Position numbers and translations under genes: made by a program
Source: Octopus vulgaris
Lineage: Eukaryota
Reading direction: 5' to 3'
Length of the DNA stretch: 64,000 bases
Assembly (NCBI GenBank): GCA_951406725.2
Contig: OX597815.1
Location: 151,838,001 to 151,902,000, forward strand
Notes under the pieces: model-generated
What the model saw: only the letters and a program-made list of their open reading frames with translations
Database searches by the model: none
Told to the model about the DNA's origin: nothing
In this document: piece by piece, positions 24,620 to 36,849 of the stretch
Layout: the number at the start of each line of letters is the position of its first letter
Position numbering within the stretch: position 1 is the first letter of the stretch

Positions 24620-25270
24620 GCTCTAGCCATGAACTGGAGGGTCAACCTAATGAATGAGCAAGTGTCTCTGCTGTGGTGCATCTGCAATAGAGTGGATGAA
24701 ACCATTGCCCATATCTAAAACTGCTACAAGTTGTGGTGACTAGGTAGCAAAGCAGTGCAAAAAGTAGGGGTTAGAGAGAGGCAAGATGTGGTATGAACAC
24801 TGAGACTAGCAAAATCCTCTGAGACTTCCCAATCCAAACAGATCAGGTGCTAGCGCATAAGAGACTGGACCTAGTTGTGGTGGACAAAGTGCACCACATA
24901 TACCATATAGATGATGTTGCATGCCCCTTCGACCCACGAATAGTCAAGAAAGATAAATACAACCCCCTTAAGTTCAAAATAGCCCGGCTATGGAGAATGG
25001 AGAAGGTAAAAATACTGCCAATTATTGTTGGAACCTTGTGAACTGTATCTGAAGGCATCAAGGATAATATAAAAGAAATTGGAATAGAGTGCCCAGTAGA
25101 ACTGTTACAAGAGGTTTGCCTCCCTGGCATAGCCAGAAATATCAGGAAAGTATTAGATAGCTGAAAAGAACAAATAGCATGGTACCGTAGGCTTCAGGTA
25201 ATAAGGCCGCTATGCTTGCAAGACTCCAGGAGCTCCAACAAAACCTGTGAAAAAGAGAAAATAATAATAT
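24620..25270 (+). mobile_element. RLE LINE 3' fragment (second R4/Dong-like lineage)
   Basis: KRLDLVVVDK...DVACPFDPRI...KYNPLKFKIARLW...PIIVGTL; short (AAT)n tail at about 25260. Confidence 0.75.
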
Positions 25271-26949
25271 ATGCCCTGATGCAGTACCATGCAGTGGCTC
25301 TCATGGATTCTCATCTTAACTGATTGGAAGTGTTATCATGTACGTTGTTTTGTCTTGGTATAAAAGATGGGCTGCAGTAAATATTCTGCTCAATACCACA
25401 GATTTATTTGTCGGTTGTTTGAGCTTAATCAGTTGAGCATGTCCCTTAGTGGCAGATGATATGTGCATCTCTGTTCCCGAGCAGAAGTAGTGGGGGAGCA
25501 TCATAGCCATGTGTTGAGAGGGATTCTTTGGGGTTTGGATAATTCACCTCTGGAAACATGGATGTTTTGTTCATCATTCTTAAACAAACTTTATTCAGAG
25601 GCCTTTTGAGTGGGATGGGCTACTCATGCACTGTTTTTCTTGATATAAGATCACCATGTCATGCACATATGGTTGTGACTCATGTACCTTGTGTACCCTT
25701 ATCAGATGGGTAGTCAGGATGGGTATATTGGGTTTCATATATTTGTACCTAGTGTCACTTTAATGGCAAGTGCTGCTCTCTCACATAATGATAATAGTAA
25801 TCCTTTCTACTATATGTACAGAGCCTGAAGTTTTGGGGAAGCAGACTAATCGATTACATTGACCCAAGTGTGTAACTGGTACTTATTTCATCAACCTCAA
25901 AAAGATGAAAGGCTAAGTCAACCGCGGTGGAATTTGAACTCAGAACATAAAGACGGGTTAAAAACTGCTATGCATTTTTCCTGGCATGCTAATGATTCTG
26001 CCAGTTCACCACTTTTATAATAATGATGATAATAACAATTATTTCAAATTTTTTCCACAAGGGCAGCTTGGGGGAGGTGGGGATGATCTGATTACATCGA
26101 CCCCAGTGTTCAACAAGAACTTATTTTATTGATCCGAAAAGGATGAGAGTCAACCTCAGCAGAATTTGAACTCAGAACGTAACAATGTACCAGCACCATA
26201 ACCCCTGCAACATTATCCCAAATGGCAGCTAATTCTTTTGGTCCCTTACCAAAAAGATCTTGATTAACTTTGCGAAATCCTCCTCTCTTCCATTTTCAAA
26301 CATGAAGGTTCCATAACCTGTATTATTCTCATATTGACTGCATCTTCACTTGTCCCCTTAATCCTTTGTCTATCCTTTCTTTTCACAGGACATATTTCCT
26401 TGGTGTCCAAGCATCCTGTATCATACACATTCCTAATATTTTTCAACCACCAGGGTAACTCAACACTTATGAAAAGAAAGCTTTAAATTACTAAGAACAT
26501 ATGAAACAAGGGCTGACTAAATGTCTGGAAAAATGTATGGACAATGATTGGCCAATCTAAAGGTCAATATCCAACGCCACACTGTACACACTAAAGAAAT
26601 CTTCTTCAAAACTAACCCCTTCCAGTGCATCATTCTCCCTACCACCATCTCACGCAAACACATCGTTTGTGAAAGTACCTCTGGTCACTTCAAACTAATA
26701 TGGCCTCTGAATGTACCACAGATACTCGGGGTGTAATAGTGGAAACTTGATAGTGTATTGAGCTCAAAATCTTTAGTTTGTAAAAATATAAATTTCATTT
26801 CAAGGATTTCAAACGTTCCATGTTCCCTATAAATTTTCCGTGTCTTGTCACTCCATTTTACTTGTTGTCTCCCTTTAACGACGTTTTCCAATTTCTCATA
26901 TGTCTTGGGAGTTATCTCCACTTAGTCTTCTCCAGTTGATGTTACAAAG

Positions 26950-27360
26950 AAGTAGTTCTCAACCATTTTTCATCTATGAACCCATTTTATTCTTGTTTTA
27001 CTCGTAGCCATTCGATCTTTAAAAAAAAAAAACTTATTGTATTTTTGCCATTAAATATTATTAGGAATTGTATAAAAATTGTCAAAATATTTTGTGAATT
27101 GTAGAAGTATAACAAATTTGTGGTATTTCGTTTTTGGATTTGGTTTGCAAGATTCTTTATGTGAGTTCGACACAACGAAAATTTTAGAAAAATAAAAATA
27201 AGAAATAAGTGGACATTTTACAGGTGAGTGTATTAAATTATAAGGCACAAAAAGAAAATGACTCTCCTCTGACACAACAAAATTTATGGTTGATAAACTT
27301 TAACAACAAAATCTTATATAGACCCACTAGAGTGATATAGACCCCAGTCGAGAGCCACTG
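26950..27360. mobile_element. hAT-type MITE carrying a nested foldback fragment
   Basis: Ends agtagttctcaacc / gtcgagagccactg (cagtggttctcaacc-like). Confidence 0.6.
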
Positions 27361-27535
27361 TTTCAGAATGTTCAAGCCTACATCATGATAATTGTAGCGC
27401 CAATATATATGGGGATAATGTCTCTTCCATTTCAAAGTATTATTTCTATTAATGTTTTTATACTCAACTCTGCAGTTTTTGACTAGAAAAAGAAATCACA
27501 ACCACACATGCAGAGAGTCACAATACTTAATTATA

Positions 27536-27756
27536 TTAGGTTGGTACATAATTATTACGACTTTTTCTCGATAAATTTTATTCAACAAAAAATTTAAACA
27601 AAACGCCAATTTAAACAAAACACCAAGCAGAAATTGAAGTAGATGGTGAATATGCTTCAGAATAATGATTTAAATATGATTTTGTTAAATGTTGTAATTG
27701 TCTTTGTTGAATAAAATTTATTGAAAAAAAGCCGCAATAATTATGCACCAACCAAA
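27536..27756. mobile_element. Mariner-derived MITE
   Basis: About 55 bp TIRs (ttaggttggtacataattatt...), TA flanks, internal IEVDGEYA transposase tail; a related fragment lies at 8900-9010 (-). Confidence 0.8.
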
Positions 27757-29152
27757 TATGATGTTTTTTCCTTATAATAAACTTATCAATATTCCTGACA
27801 TATTATTGATACACTAGGGTGTGTCAGAGTCGAAGTCACTATTTGAAATTAAGTATTCTATTCTAAGTTGTCAAATGTGTGAAAACATTTTTTATGAGGA
27901 ATGATTCCCATTTTTGAAGTCTGCTGTGAATTTTCCAAGTTTGCCATAATCTCTACTTTACGACAAAGATTTTTTCCAGCAGTGAAAGCTGTTTTGAGGA
28001 GCCTTTAATCATAAGATTGCTTAATCTGGGCTGACTGGGGCTAGACAAAAATGATGATTTGGCCCTTCCATGCACTTCATTTAAATGAGCAAGGAGTCAA
28101 TATTTTGGATGACAAAATGACTGCAAGCTGGCAGAATCGTTTGTGCTTAGTAACATTTTGTCCAACTTTATGTTCTGAGTTCAAATTCCACCAAGGCTGA
28201 CTTTGTCTTTCATGCTTTGGGGGTTGATAAAATAAGTACCAGTTGAGCACTGGGTTTGATGTAATTGACTTGCACCCTCCCCCACCCACTATTGCCAGCC
28301 TTGTATCAAAATTTGAAAGGAATATTTTAGATGTGTGACATAGCTAACAGAATAAATTCGTCTATTTGGAAATCACTAGGTGGATACTGGAAGGGACAAA
28401 ACTACACAATGGAAAGCATACTGAGGACTGGCAACATTTTCACTTGACTCCTGTTCCTTACCTATGCACAGACTCACTCACACACTCACACACACACACA
28501 CTCAGCCATTCAAGAATTTGGACCTCCATTCCCAGCGACTTCGAGGGCCACCTCCCAGTTGCGTCAGGCATCAATGAAGAGTCCTCGACTACAACAAGAC
28601 AACCAAAGTTTTTTTTGTTGCCAAGGTCTGGGGTCTCCCACCCCTAAACCTTAGACCATCACATAGTCACCCTTAGCCGTCTTGTTGCTTAACAACAACA
28701 ACAACACACACTCACACACATATACACTCACACACAGTCATTCACATACACACACTCTCACACACACACTCACTCACACACGCACACACTCACACACACA
28801 TACACTCACACACACACACACTCACACACACTCAGTCACTCACTCACTCACACACACACATTTCCTCTCTCTCTCACGCACATGCATATTGTAAAACTAA
28901 GGAAATAACCTGAACATTTTGCAAAGGTAGTAATTAGGTGAGATTTAATAAACTTTCACTGTGTGATTTATTAACCAAGACATAATGGAGAGCTAATATT
29001 TGGATGATAAAAGTAATGGCTTCTGCCGCTACTTTTAATTTTTTCAGCATTTGATTGTTTCAAATATTACAAATAAACTCTCTCCTCTCCTTCCTCTTCT
29101 CTCTCTCTCTCTCTTTCTCTTTCATATATATACACACGCACACAAAATACAC

Positions 29153-29205
<53 letters not shown>

Positions 29206-29434
29206 AATATACACACACACACACACACACATATGTATACATACACACACACATGTATATATATACATACATATATATATAGGAGTGGCTGTATGGTAAG
29301 AAGCTTGCTTCCTAACCACATGGTTCCGGGTTCAGTCCCACTGTGTAGCATCTTGGGAAAGTGTCTTCTACTATAGCCTTGGGCTGGCCAAAGCCTTGTG
29401 AGTGGATTTGGTAGACAGAAACTGAAAGAACCCC

Positions 29435-29471
<37 letters not shown>

Positions 29472-29495
29472 TTTCTCTATAAGATATATCCAGAA

Positions 29496-30905
29496 TAAGC
29501 TATGGACACATAAGAGGTGCAGCAATATCAAAGGAAGGCTAACTAGGAAGATAGTCTTTGTATGTGGCAGATGCTCAGGAGCAATAAACACTGAAAATGT
29601 GCAGAGAACAACTTCTGCCACATTCCAGGGAGAAAAACTAGAAATAGTTGATAGCTTCCATTACCTAGGCGACCAAGTCAGTAGGGTGCGCTGAAAGTGT
29701 AACTGCTAGAATAAGAATAGCCTAGGCAAAGTTCAGAGAGCTCTTACCTCTGCTAGTGACATAGGGCCTCTCACTCAGAGTAAAATATAGACTGTATGAC
29801 ACATGTGTACGAAAAGCAATGCTATATTGCAGTGAAACATGGGCCGTGACTGCTGAGAATATGTGTAAGCTCGCAAGGAATGAAGCAAGTATGCTCCAAT
29901 GGATGTGTAATGTCAGTGTACATACTCAACAGAGTGTAAGTGCCTTGAGAGAAAAGTTGGACCTAAAAAGCATCAGTTGTAGTGTGCAAGAGAGACGATT
30001 GCGCTGGTATGGTCATGTGGTGAGAATGGATGTGAATAGCTGTGTGAAAAAGTGCCACACCCTAGTGGTTGAGGGAACCTGTGGAAGAGGTAGACCCAGG
30101 AAAACCTGGGATGAGGTGGTGAAGCACGACCATCGAACATTAGGTCTCACCGAGGCAATGACTAGTGACCGAGACCTTTGGAAATATGCTGTGCGTGAGA
30201 AGACCCGGCAAGACAAGTGAGACCATAACCCATGGCCTTTACCAGGGATGTAGCCAGCCCACTTATGCATACCTTTCCTTTGGACACAAAACTCTATTTG
30301 CGAAGACCTGTTGAGGCAAGTGAAATCGGAATTGAAATCGAAGCAAATTTGACGACTGGCACCCATGCCAATCTTCTTTCATTGGAAACTAAACTCTGCT
30401 TGCGAAGACCTGTTGGGGCAAGGGAAATCGAAATTGAACCAAATTCGATGACTGACACCTGTGCCAGTGGAGCTCTAACTGCTCCATCTGATTGGGATCA
30501 CTGCCAGAGTAGCTGTCTGGCTTCTGTGCTGGTGGCACGTAAAATGCACCATTTGCGCGTGATTGTTACCAGCGTCGCCTTACTGACACTTGTGCTGGTA
30601 GCGCATGAACAAAACATCCGAGCGAGGTCGTTGCCAGTGCTGCTGTACTGACTCGTGTGCAGGTGGCACATAAAAAACACCATTTGAGTGTTGCCAGTAC
30701 TGCCTGACTGGATTTTGTGCTGGTGGCACATAAAAGCACCCACTACACTCTCAGAGTGGTTGGCATTAGGAAGGGCATCCAGCTGTAGAAAATCTGCCAG
30801 AACAGATTGGAGCCTGGTGCAGCCATCTGGCTCACCAGTCCTCAGTCAAGCTGTCCAACCCATGCTAGCAGGGAAAGCAGACGCGAAATGATGATGATAA
30901 TAATG
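29496..30905 (+). mobile_element. RTE 3' fragment (about 1.4 kb)
   Basis: LYCSETWAVT...QERRLRWYGHVVRM...GRGRPRKTWDEVVK; repetitive 3' UTR; (ATG)n tail. Confidence 0.88.
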
Positions 30906-31209
30906 ATATATATATATTTATGTATGTATATATGTGTGTATGTGTGTGTGTATGTATTTGTTTGTCCCCCCACCACCATTGCTTGGCAACTGATGTTGGT
31001 ATGTTTACTTCCCTGTAGCTTAGTGGTTTGACATCGAATTTCATAGTCTAGTGTGTCTGTACTTCTCTGTGCTACTGTATCTGTATTTCTCTGACCAAAT
31101 AGACTACGAAATTCGATGCGGACAAATTTGTAGTATTTGTATGTAATCGTAGCTTTGCATTTGCTTTCCTGTGGGTATGTATAAGTATCTCATTTATTTT
31201 CCTTAGTAT

Positions 31210-31265
31210 GCCTGGCTGATGAGGAAAAATTATTAGACTAATCCCGAAATTGATCAATCCAAGGC
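31210..31265 (+). ncRNA. Type I hammerhead ribozyme motif
   Basis: gcctgg-CTGATGA-gg...ccc-GAAA-ttgatca-ATC-caaggc; palindrome ATTGATCAAT; one mismatch in stem I; predicted cut after 31259. Confidence 0.7.
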
Positions 31266-31763
31266 TAATCATTTTATGAAATTCTGTGAACTTACTCCCA
31301 TGATTTCAACACATGTATAATATAAAAGTGATAATTTTAAGTGGTTTCACGATTTAGCATCTATTTTCAGCATAGGCATGGTCTCTTCTCTGCTCTTAAT
31401 TATAATTGTATTTTATACTATTATAAATCTCTACCTCTATATATATCTTTTAAATTTGTTAATGGGAAACATTTTGAATATGCAAATAAAGCTCCCATCC
31501 CATTATGCCTGCCTCAGTCTAATGATACTGACTGGTGAACCAGTTTTAGGGGGTGCCTGAAATTGTACCGATATAATGTAGGATAAATATAATACCAATA
31601 ACAATAGTCCTAGGATAGAATTTATAAGCATTCAATCCATTAAATGTTTATAAATTTCATCCAAGGACTATTGTTATTATTACTACTCTCTCTCTCAATA
31701 TATATATATTTCTTTTTTGGATTTGGTTTGCAAGATTCTTTATATGAGTTCATGTGTTGAAGC

Positions 31764-31991
31764 ATATTCTGTGGTGTCTGGGGAGAGTCATTTTCTTTTT
31801 GTGCCTTATAATTTAATACACTCACCGGTAAAATTTCCACTTATTTCTTATTTTTATTTTCCTAAAATTTTCGTTGCATCTTGCAACCTGTTCAAGAGCA
31901 AAATAAAAATAAGAAAAAAAGTGGAAATTTTACCGGTGAGTGTGTTGCATTATAAGGCACAAAAAGAAAATTACTCTCCCCAGACACAACA

Positions 31992-31997
<6 letters not shown>
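31764..31997. mobile_element. Foldback MITE with about 95 bp inverted arms
   Basis: atattctgtggtgtctggggagagt...ttttta / taaaaataag...actctccccagacacaacagaatat; one arm also at 27180-27275. Confidence 0.7.
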
Positions 31998-32025
<28 letters not shown>

Positions 32026-32559
32026 ATGTGCTTTAGAGGGATATATCTATCTGGGCAGATACTGTAATAGCTCTCAGTTATGCTCCAGGTTATGGCTATC
32101 TGCTTCAATTAGTATTTAATGTCTCTGACTTCTATGAGTAGTCATTCATGCAGTAAATTCCACCATTGGGTAATTCCATGTTTGCTTCTCTGGATGTTAA
32201 CATTATCTGAAGTGTATATTAGCAATAATTATTATGATATGGAATATAGAAACTGGTACATCTTCAAAATTTATTCCTTTTTACAACCTACACATGTTTC
32301 CATTGCATTTGGGCATGATTTTCTCCGCAGCTTTGTTGAGGGTCTGTTTAGCATCTAGTTTCAAAGTGAACTGAATACAGTTAGTTGTTTGTTGGTTAAG
32401 ATTCAGGGGTAAATGAGGGGAGCTTGTTTTGAATCTGAAATCTGATCTGTTTGTAAGCTTGTGCAAGTTGACCATGGTTTCACACTAGATGCTGCCCGAA
32501 GTCAGGATTCTATCTAAATAGGTTGAAATTTATGTTACTGTTTTGACAGGCCTCATTGT

Positions 32560-32710
32560 GTATTGTTGTAGTTGGTTACTTAATAACATTACTTTCAAGT
32601 GTAGTTCATGTAATGTAACGTTTTTAGTTATATATTTTTGTAGCTGTGAAAATTATGCTGGAGGTTTTGCAAACAACTTGCACATGCAAGTGCTACCAGC
32701 CGAGAACTCT
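32560..32710 (+). mobile_element. Possible Penelope GIY-YIG endonuclease remnant
   Basis: FKCSSCNVTFLVIYFCSCENYAG resembles F.C.S.NVIY.I.C..C...YIG; very decayed. Confidence 0.35.
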
Positions 32711-33361
32711 GCATACCACAAGCCAGCAAGTGTATGGGGTCACAGGAGAGAATGCACACCGTTTCAGTGCCTACCTCTCGACGGCATCAATGCACACTAG
32801 TTCCACTCACTGATATGAGGCCCTGCTTGCTAGATCAACTGGTTATTAAATAAAGCCCAGTATTCCTCTAGCCATCGCTCATCATTTTTTTAAACCAAAT
32901 CCACTGTAGTTTGGATATCGGTCATGGTGGTATTTACTTTATGATGAGTTAGGCCTAGCGATAACAACAGTTGTCTCACATTGTGTCCAACAAACCTGAG
33001 CAGGTGGCACATAAAAAGCACCCAGTACACTCTCGGAAGGGCATCCAGCTGTAGAACCATTGCCAGATCAGATTGTAGGCATCGACTACATTCAGATGGT
33101 GCTTTTTATGTGCCCCCAGCACGGTGAGCCAATCAAGCAGCACTGGCAATGACCCATGCATGAATGGTACTTATTGTGTGCCACCAGTCAGGTGGCATTG
33201 GTATCAGCCCCAACTAAAATTTCCATTTTGATTTCGATTTGATTGAGATTCTGATTTTGATTTTGATTTTTTATTTTACTTGACTCAGTAGGTCTCCATA
33301 TTCTATACTGTTATAATTATTGCTAATACATACATCATGCTGTGGACGATGATGATGATGG

Positions 33362-33403
<42 letters not shown>

Positions 33404-33429
33404 GTATATATTTATATATATATATCAAT

Positions 33430-34500
33430 CATTGTAATCATCATCAATGAACATCCGTTGTCTATGCTGGCATGGGTTGGATGGTTTGACCAGAGCTGGC
33501 AAGCTGGAGAGCTGCACCAGGCTCCAGTCTGATTTGGCATAGAATTTTACTGCCAGATGCCCTTCCAAACATGCCAACCATTTTTACAGAGTGTGCTTGG
33601 TGCTTTTGTGTGACACTGCACAGGTGCTTTTACATGACTGCACAGCATGCTTTTATGTAGCACCACATGGACACCTTTATGCAGCACAGCCACATGTGCT
33701 TTTCACCACTAGTAGGGACTGGTCTTAACACTTCTGCTGCAGAGTATGGGTCTTCTTGGAGTAGAGCAAGGTGCCATGCATCTCAGTCCTTTGTCATCTT
33801 GCCTGAAAGGTTCATTGCCCTGAGGTTCTTCTTCAGTACTTCATCCCATGTCTTCCTTGTTCTCCCACTTCTATGTGTTCCATTGAAAGATTGGCACTTC
33901 TTTATGGAGCTTTCATCATCCTTCCACATTACAGGACCAAACCAGTGCAGTCTTCTCTCTTGTACAAAGCAACCAATTCTTCTTATGCCTAACTTCTCTC
34001 TCAAAATACTAACACTCTGTTGAACATGTACACTTAAATTACACATCCAGTGGAGCATACAAGCCTCACTCCTTTCTAACCTCTGGATGTCCTCTGCATT
34101 CAGGACCCACGTCTCATTACCATGTAGAATTGCTGTCCATGCATCATACGATCTTCCTTTCATTTGGAGAGAGAAATCTTTTATGGTCAACAGAGGTAAC
34201 AACGCTCTGAATTTCCTCCATCCTATTCTTATTCTAACTATCACACTTTCCATGCAACCTCTCCACTACTAATTTGGTCCCCTAGATAGCAGAAATTATC
34301 TACTACTTCTAATGAGTCACCAGGGCACTTGATAGAATCAATTTCCTGAGTCTCTAAAGTTTTTATGGAACCTGTGCATCTTCCATATATGAAAATTATC
34401 TTCTCTGATAGCTTTTCTATTAACCCAGTGCACCTCTTGTGTGTCCATAGATTACACTGGGTACACTGTATGGGGTTCTTGCCTATATCTTTCCTACAAA
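33430..34500 (-). mobile_element. RTE 3' fragment (diverged subfamily)
   Basis: RIRIGWRKFRALLPLL...ILHGNETW...QERRLHWFG...GRTRKTW. Confidence 0.8.
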
Positions 34501-34541
34501 CTGAACAGGGCCACCTACCTGATGGGAGTAGTGTCCTGTCC

Positions 34542-34584
<43 letters not shown>

Positions 34585-34742
34585 AATTATAAACAAGGGC
34601 AAAAGAAAAAAGATTTCTATGCCAATATGGTGAAAATAGACTTTAAATTGTCGATCACCACATACAATATACATCACTCTGAATACATGTCGTGCTGAAA
34701 TCAAGGAAGGCAAGCTAACAGAATTTTTTTATAAATTCGTTA

Positions 34743-34802
34743 TCTCTCTATTGAATAAATTTCGGAATTAATCCAACAGATCTTTCCCTCTTCAGTAGAG
34801 AA
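34743..34802 (-). ncRNA. Degenerate hammerhead, same family as 31210
   Basis: tctcta-CTGAAGA-ggga...ttcc-GAAA-tttattca-ATA-gagaga; flanks align with 31150-31320. Confidence 0.55.
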
Positions 34803-35130
34803 CACGATAAAAAAATAAATGAAATACTTACAAGCACCCATGGAAAAAAGCAGATACAAGAGTCATGAGTACACATAAGTAGGCCAGATACAACTAAATA
34901 TAAAATCATTTAGCAAGCCTCAGCACACGTGTGATCGGTCATGAGCCAAAACTAAGAGTTGTTACCAGCCCCAAAGTGAATGGTAATAAATTTACTTCTA
35001 ATATAGGATAAATTTTTTTTTCCATAAAAAATTTCATCAGGGGCCAGCATATTAAAATACCTTTAAAGGTGAAAATTATAAACAATTATGAACAAGGGCA
35101 AAAGAAAAATACATATATATATATATATAT

Positions 35131-35453
35131 TGCTATATTTCAGGATGGTCATTTTTTTTTTTGCCAAATAAAAACACGCACTATATATTTGTCTTTCACT
35201 CATTTATCACTGTTGTTATTTTACCTGATGTCCATTGTGCACAAATCTTTTGTCACACATTTGCAATCTCTTCAGTGACCTTTCCATGAGAGAAAGATCA
35301 CTGAATAGGTCACAGATGTGTGATGAATGATTTGCAGACAATGGATATAAGATAAAATAAGAACAATGATAAATGAGGGAAGAATGAATATGTAGTGTGA
35401 GTGTTTATTTGACAAAAAAAAAAAAAAAAGAAAATTAAAATGACCTTCCTGAA
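35131..35453. mobile_element. Foldback MITE
   Basis: ttcaggatggtcattt... versus ...aaatgaccttcctgaa inverted arms; related sequence at 13090-13165. Confidence 0.55.
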
Positions 35454-35530
35454 ATATAACATTATCTGTTTCAACACACAATTTCACATCAGTTATCTTG
35501 AAGCACAAATTCATAAACATACACATATAG

Positions 35531-36166
35531 CAGTCATTTTCATAACACCTACACGTGTTTCAATGTCTACCTTCATTCATGTTTTACAATAAAAAAAATT
35601 GCATTATGAATTTAGAAAGTAAAAATTACTTCAAAAGAAAAATTTTTGCCAGGAAGAGATTTTTACCTTCTAAATTCATAATGCAATTTTTTACTGTAAA
35701 ATATGAATGAAGGTAGATATTCTTTTCTATTCTAGGCACAAGACCTGAAATTTTAGGGGAGGGGGCCAGTTGATTAGGTTGACCCAGTATGCAACTGGTA
35801 CTTAATATATTGACCCCGAAAGGATGAAAGGTAAAGTTGACCTTAGCAGAATTTGAACTCAGAACGTAAAGACAGACGAAATACCTATTTCTTTATTACC
35901 CACAAGGGGCTAAACACAGAGGGGACAAACAAGGACAGACATAGGTATTAAGTCGATTACATCGACCCCAGTGCGTAACTGGTACTTAATTTATCGACCC
36001 TGAAAGGATGAAAGGCAAAGTCGACCTCGGCGGAATTTGAACTCACAACGTAACGCATACGAAATACCATTAAGCATTTTGCCTGGCCTGCTAATGTTTC
36101 TGCCAGCTCACCTTAAATGAAGGTAGATATTGAAACATGCGTAGGCATTATGAAATTGACAACTAT
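35531..36166. mobile_element. Palindromic MITE interrupted by a SINE (35722-36115, -) with a 16-bp TSD
   Basis: aatgaaggtagatatt duplicated at 35706-35721 and 36116-36131; the arms re-form when the SINE is removed. Confidence 0.8.
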
Positions 36167-36339
36167 GTAAATAAATTGATTTTGTTGTGTTCAAGCACTC
36201 CATTTTTTTAATATCATATTACTAAAATTCTCTTCTCATATATCTAAAAGATGAAAACATTAATTGATATAGAGATAAACCAGTGGACACTTGGATGTAA
36301 GATATCCTTAGAAAGAGCAATCTTTTTTCTATACAGAAC

Positions 36340-36840
36340 TATATATAAGCAATAATAAATCTCTGAACGAGGTATAAACAGTAACTGCATGACAATGTGA
36401 GGTATACTTGCCATCTCAATATGGCTAACCACTAAGGGTGGGTGTTACTGTAGCTTGTAGCCCCAGGAGAACATTGTCTCCAGCTGGCTTTAGGCACACT
36501 TCGTGTGCCCTTATGGTATTTGCAAAGGGAGGTCACCCTTCCCTCGTCAACCTAAGTGATACGCACGGACTGCTGTTTCTAGATTTTGACCTGTCATCAG
36601 CGTACGACAATCACTGGTTTTCGAGGTATAAACAGTAACTGCACGACAATGTGAGGTATACTTGCCATCTCAATATGGCTAACCACAAGCCAGCTGGAGA
36701 CGATGTTCTCCCGGGGCTACAAGCTACAGTAACACCCACCCTTAGTGGTTAGCCATATTGAGATGGCAAGTATACCTCACATTGTCGTGCAGTTACTGTT
36801 TATACCTCGTTCAGAGATTTATTATTGCTTGCATACAGTT
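36340..36840. repeat. Tandem (254-nt period) plus inverted repeat, Penelope pseudo-LTR/retrozyme-like
   Basis: 36340-36490 is the reverse complement of 36687-36830; 36622-36686 repeats 36368-36432 directly. Confidence 0.85.
36562..36606 (-). ncRNA. Type I hammerhead ribozyme motif in a Penelope-type pseudo-LTR
   Basis: cgtacg-CTGATGA-caggtcaaaatcta-GAAA-cagca-GTC-cgtgcg; 6-bp stem I (one G.U); weak stem II; loop one base from palindromic AGCT. Confidence 0.65.
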
Positions 36841-36849
36841 TTTCGAGAT

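Noticed and set aside
30480-30740. Short repeats separated by variable spacers resembling a CRISPR array
   Set aside because: Eukaryotic RTE 3' UTR modules; irregular spacing and no cas genes.
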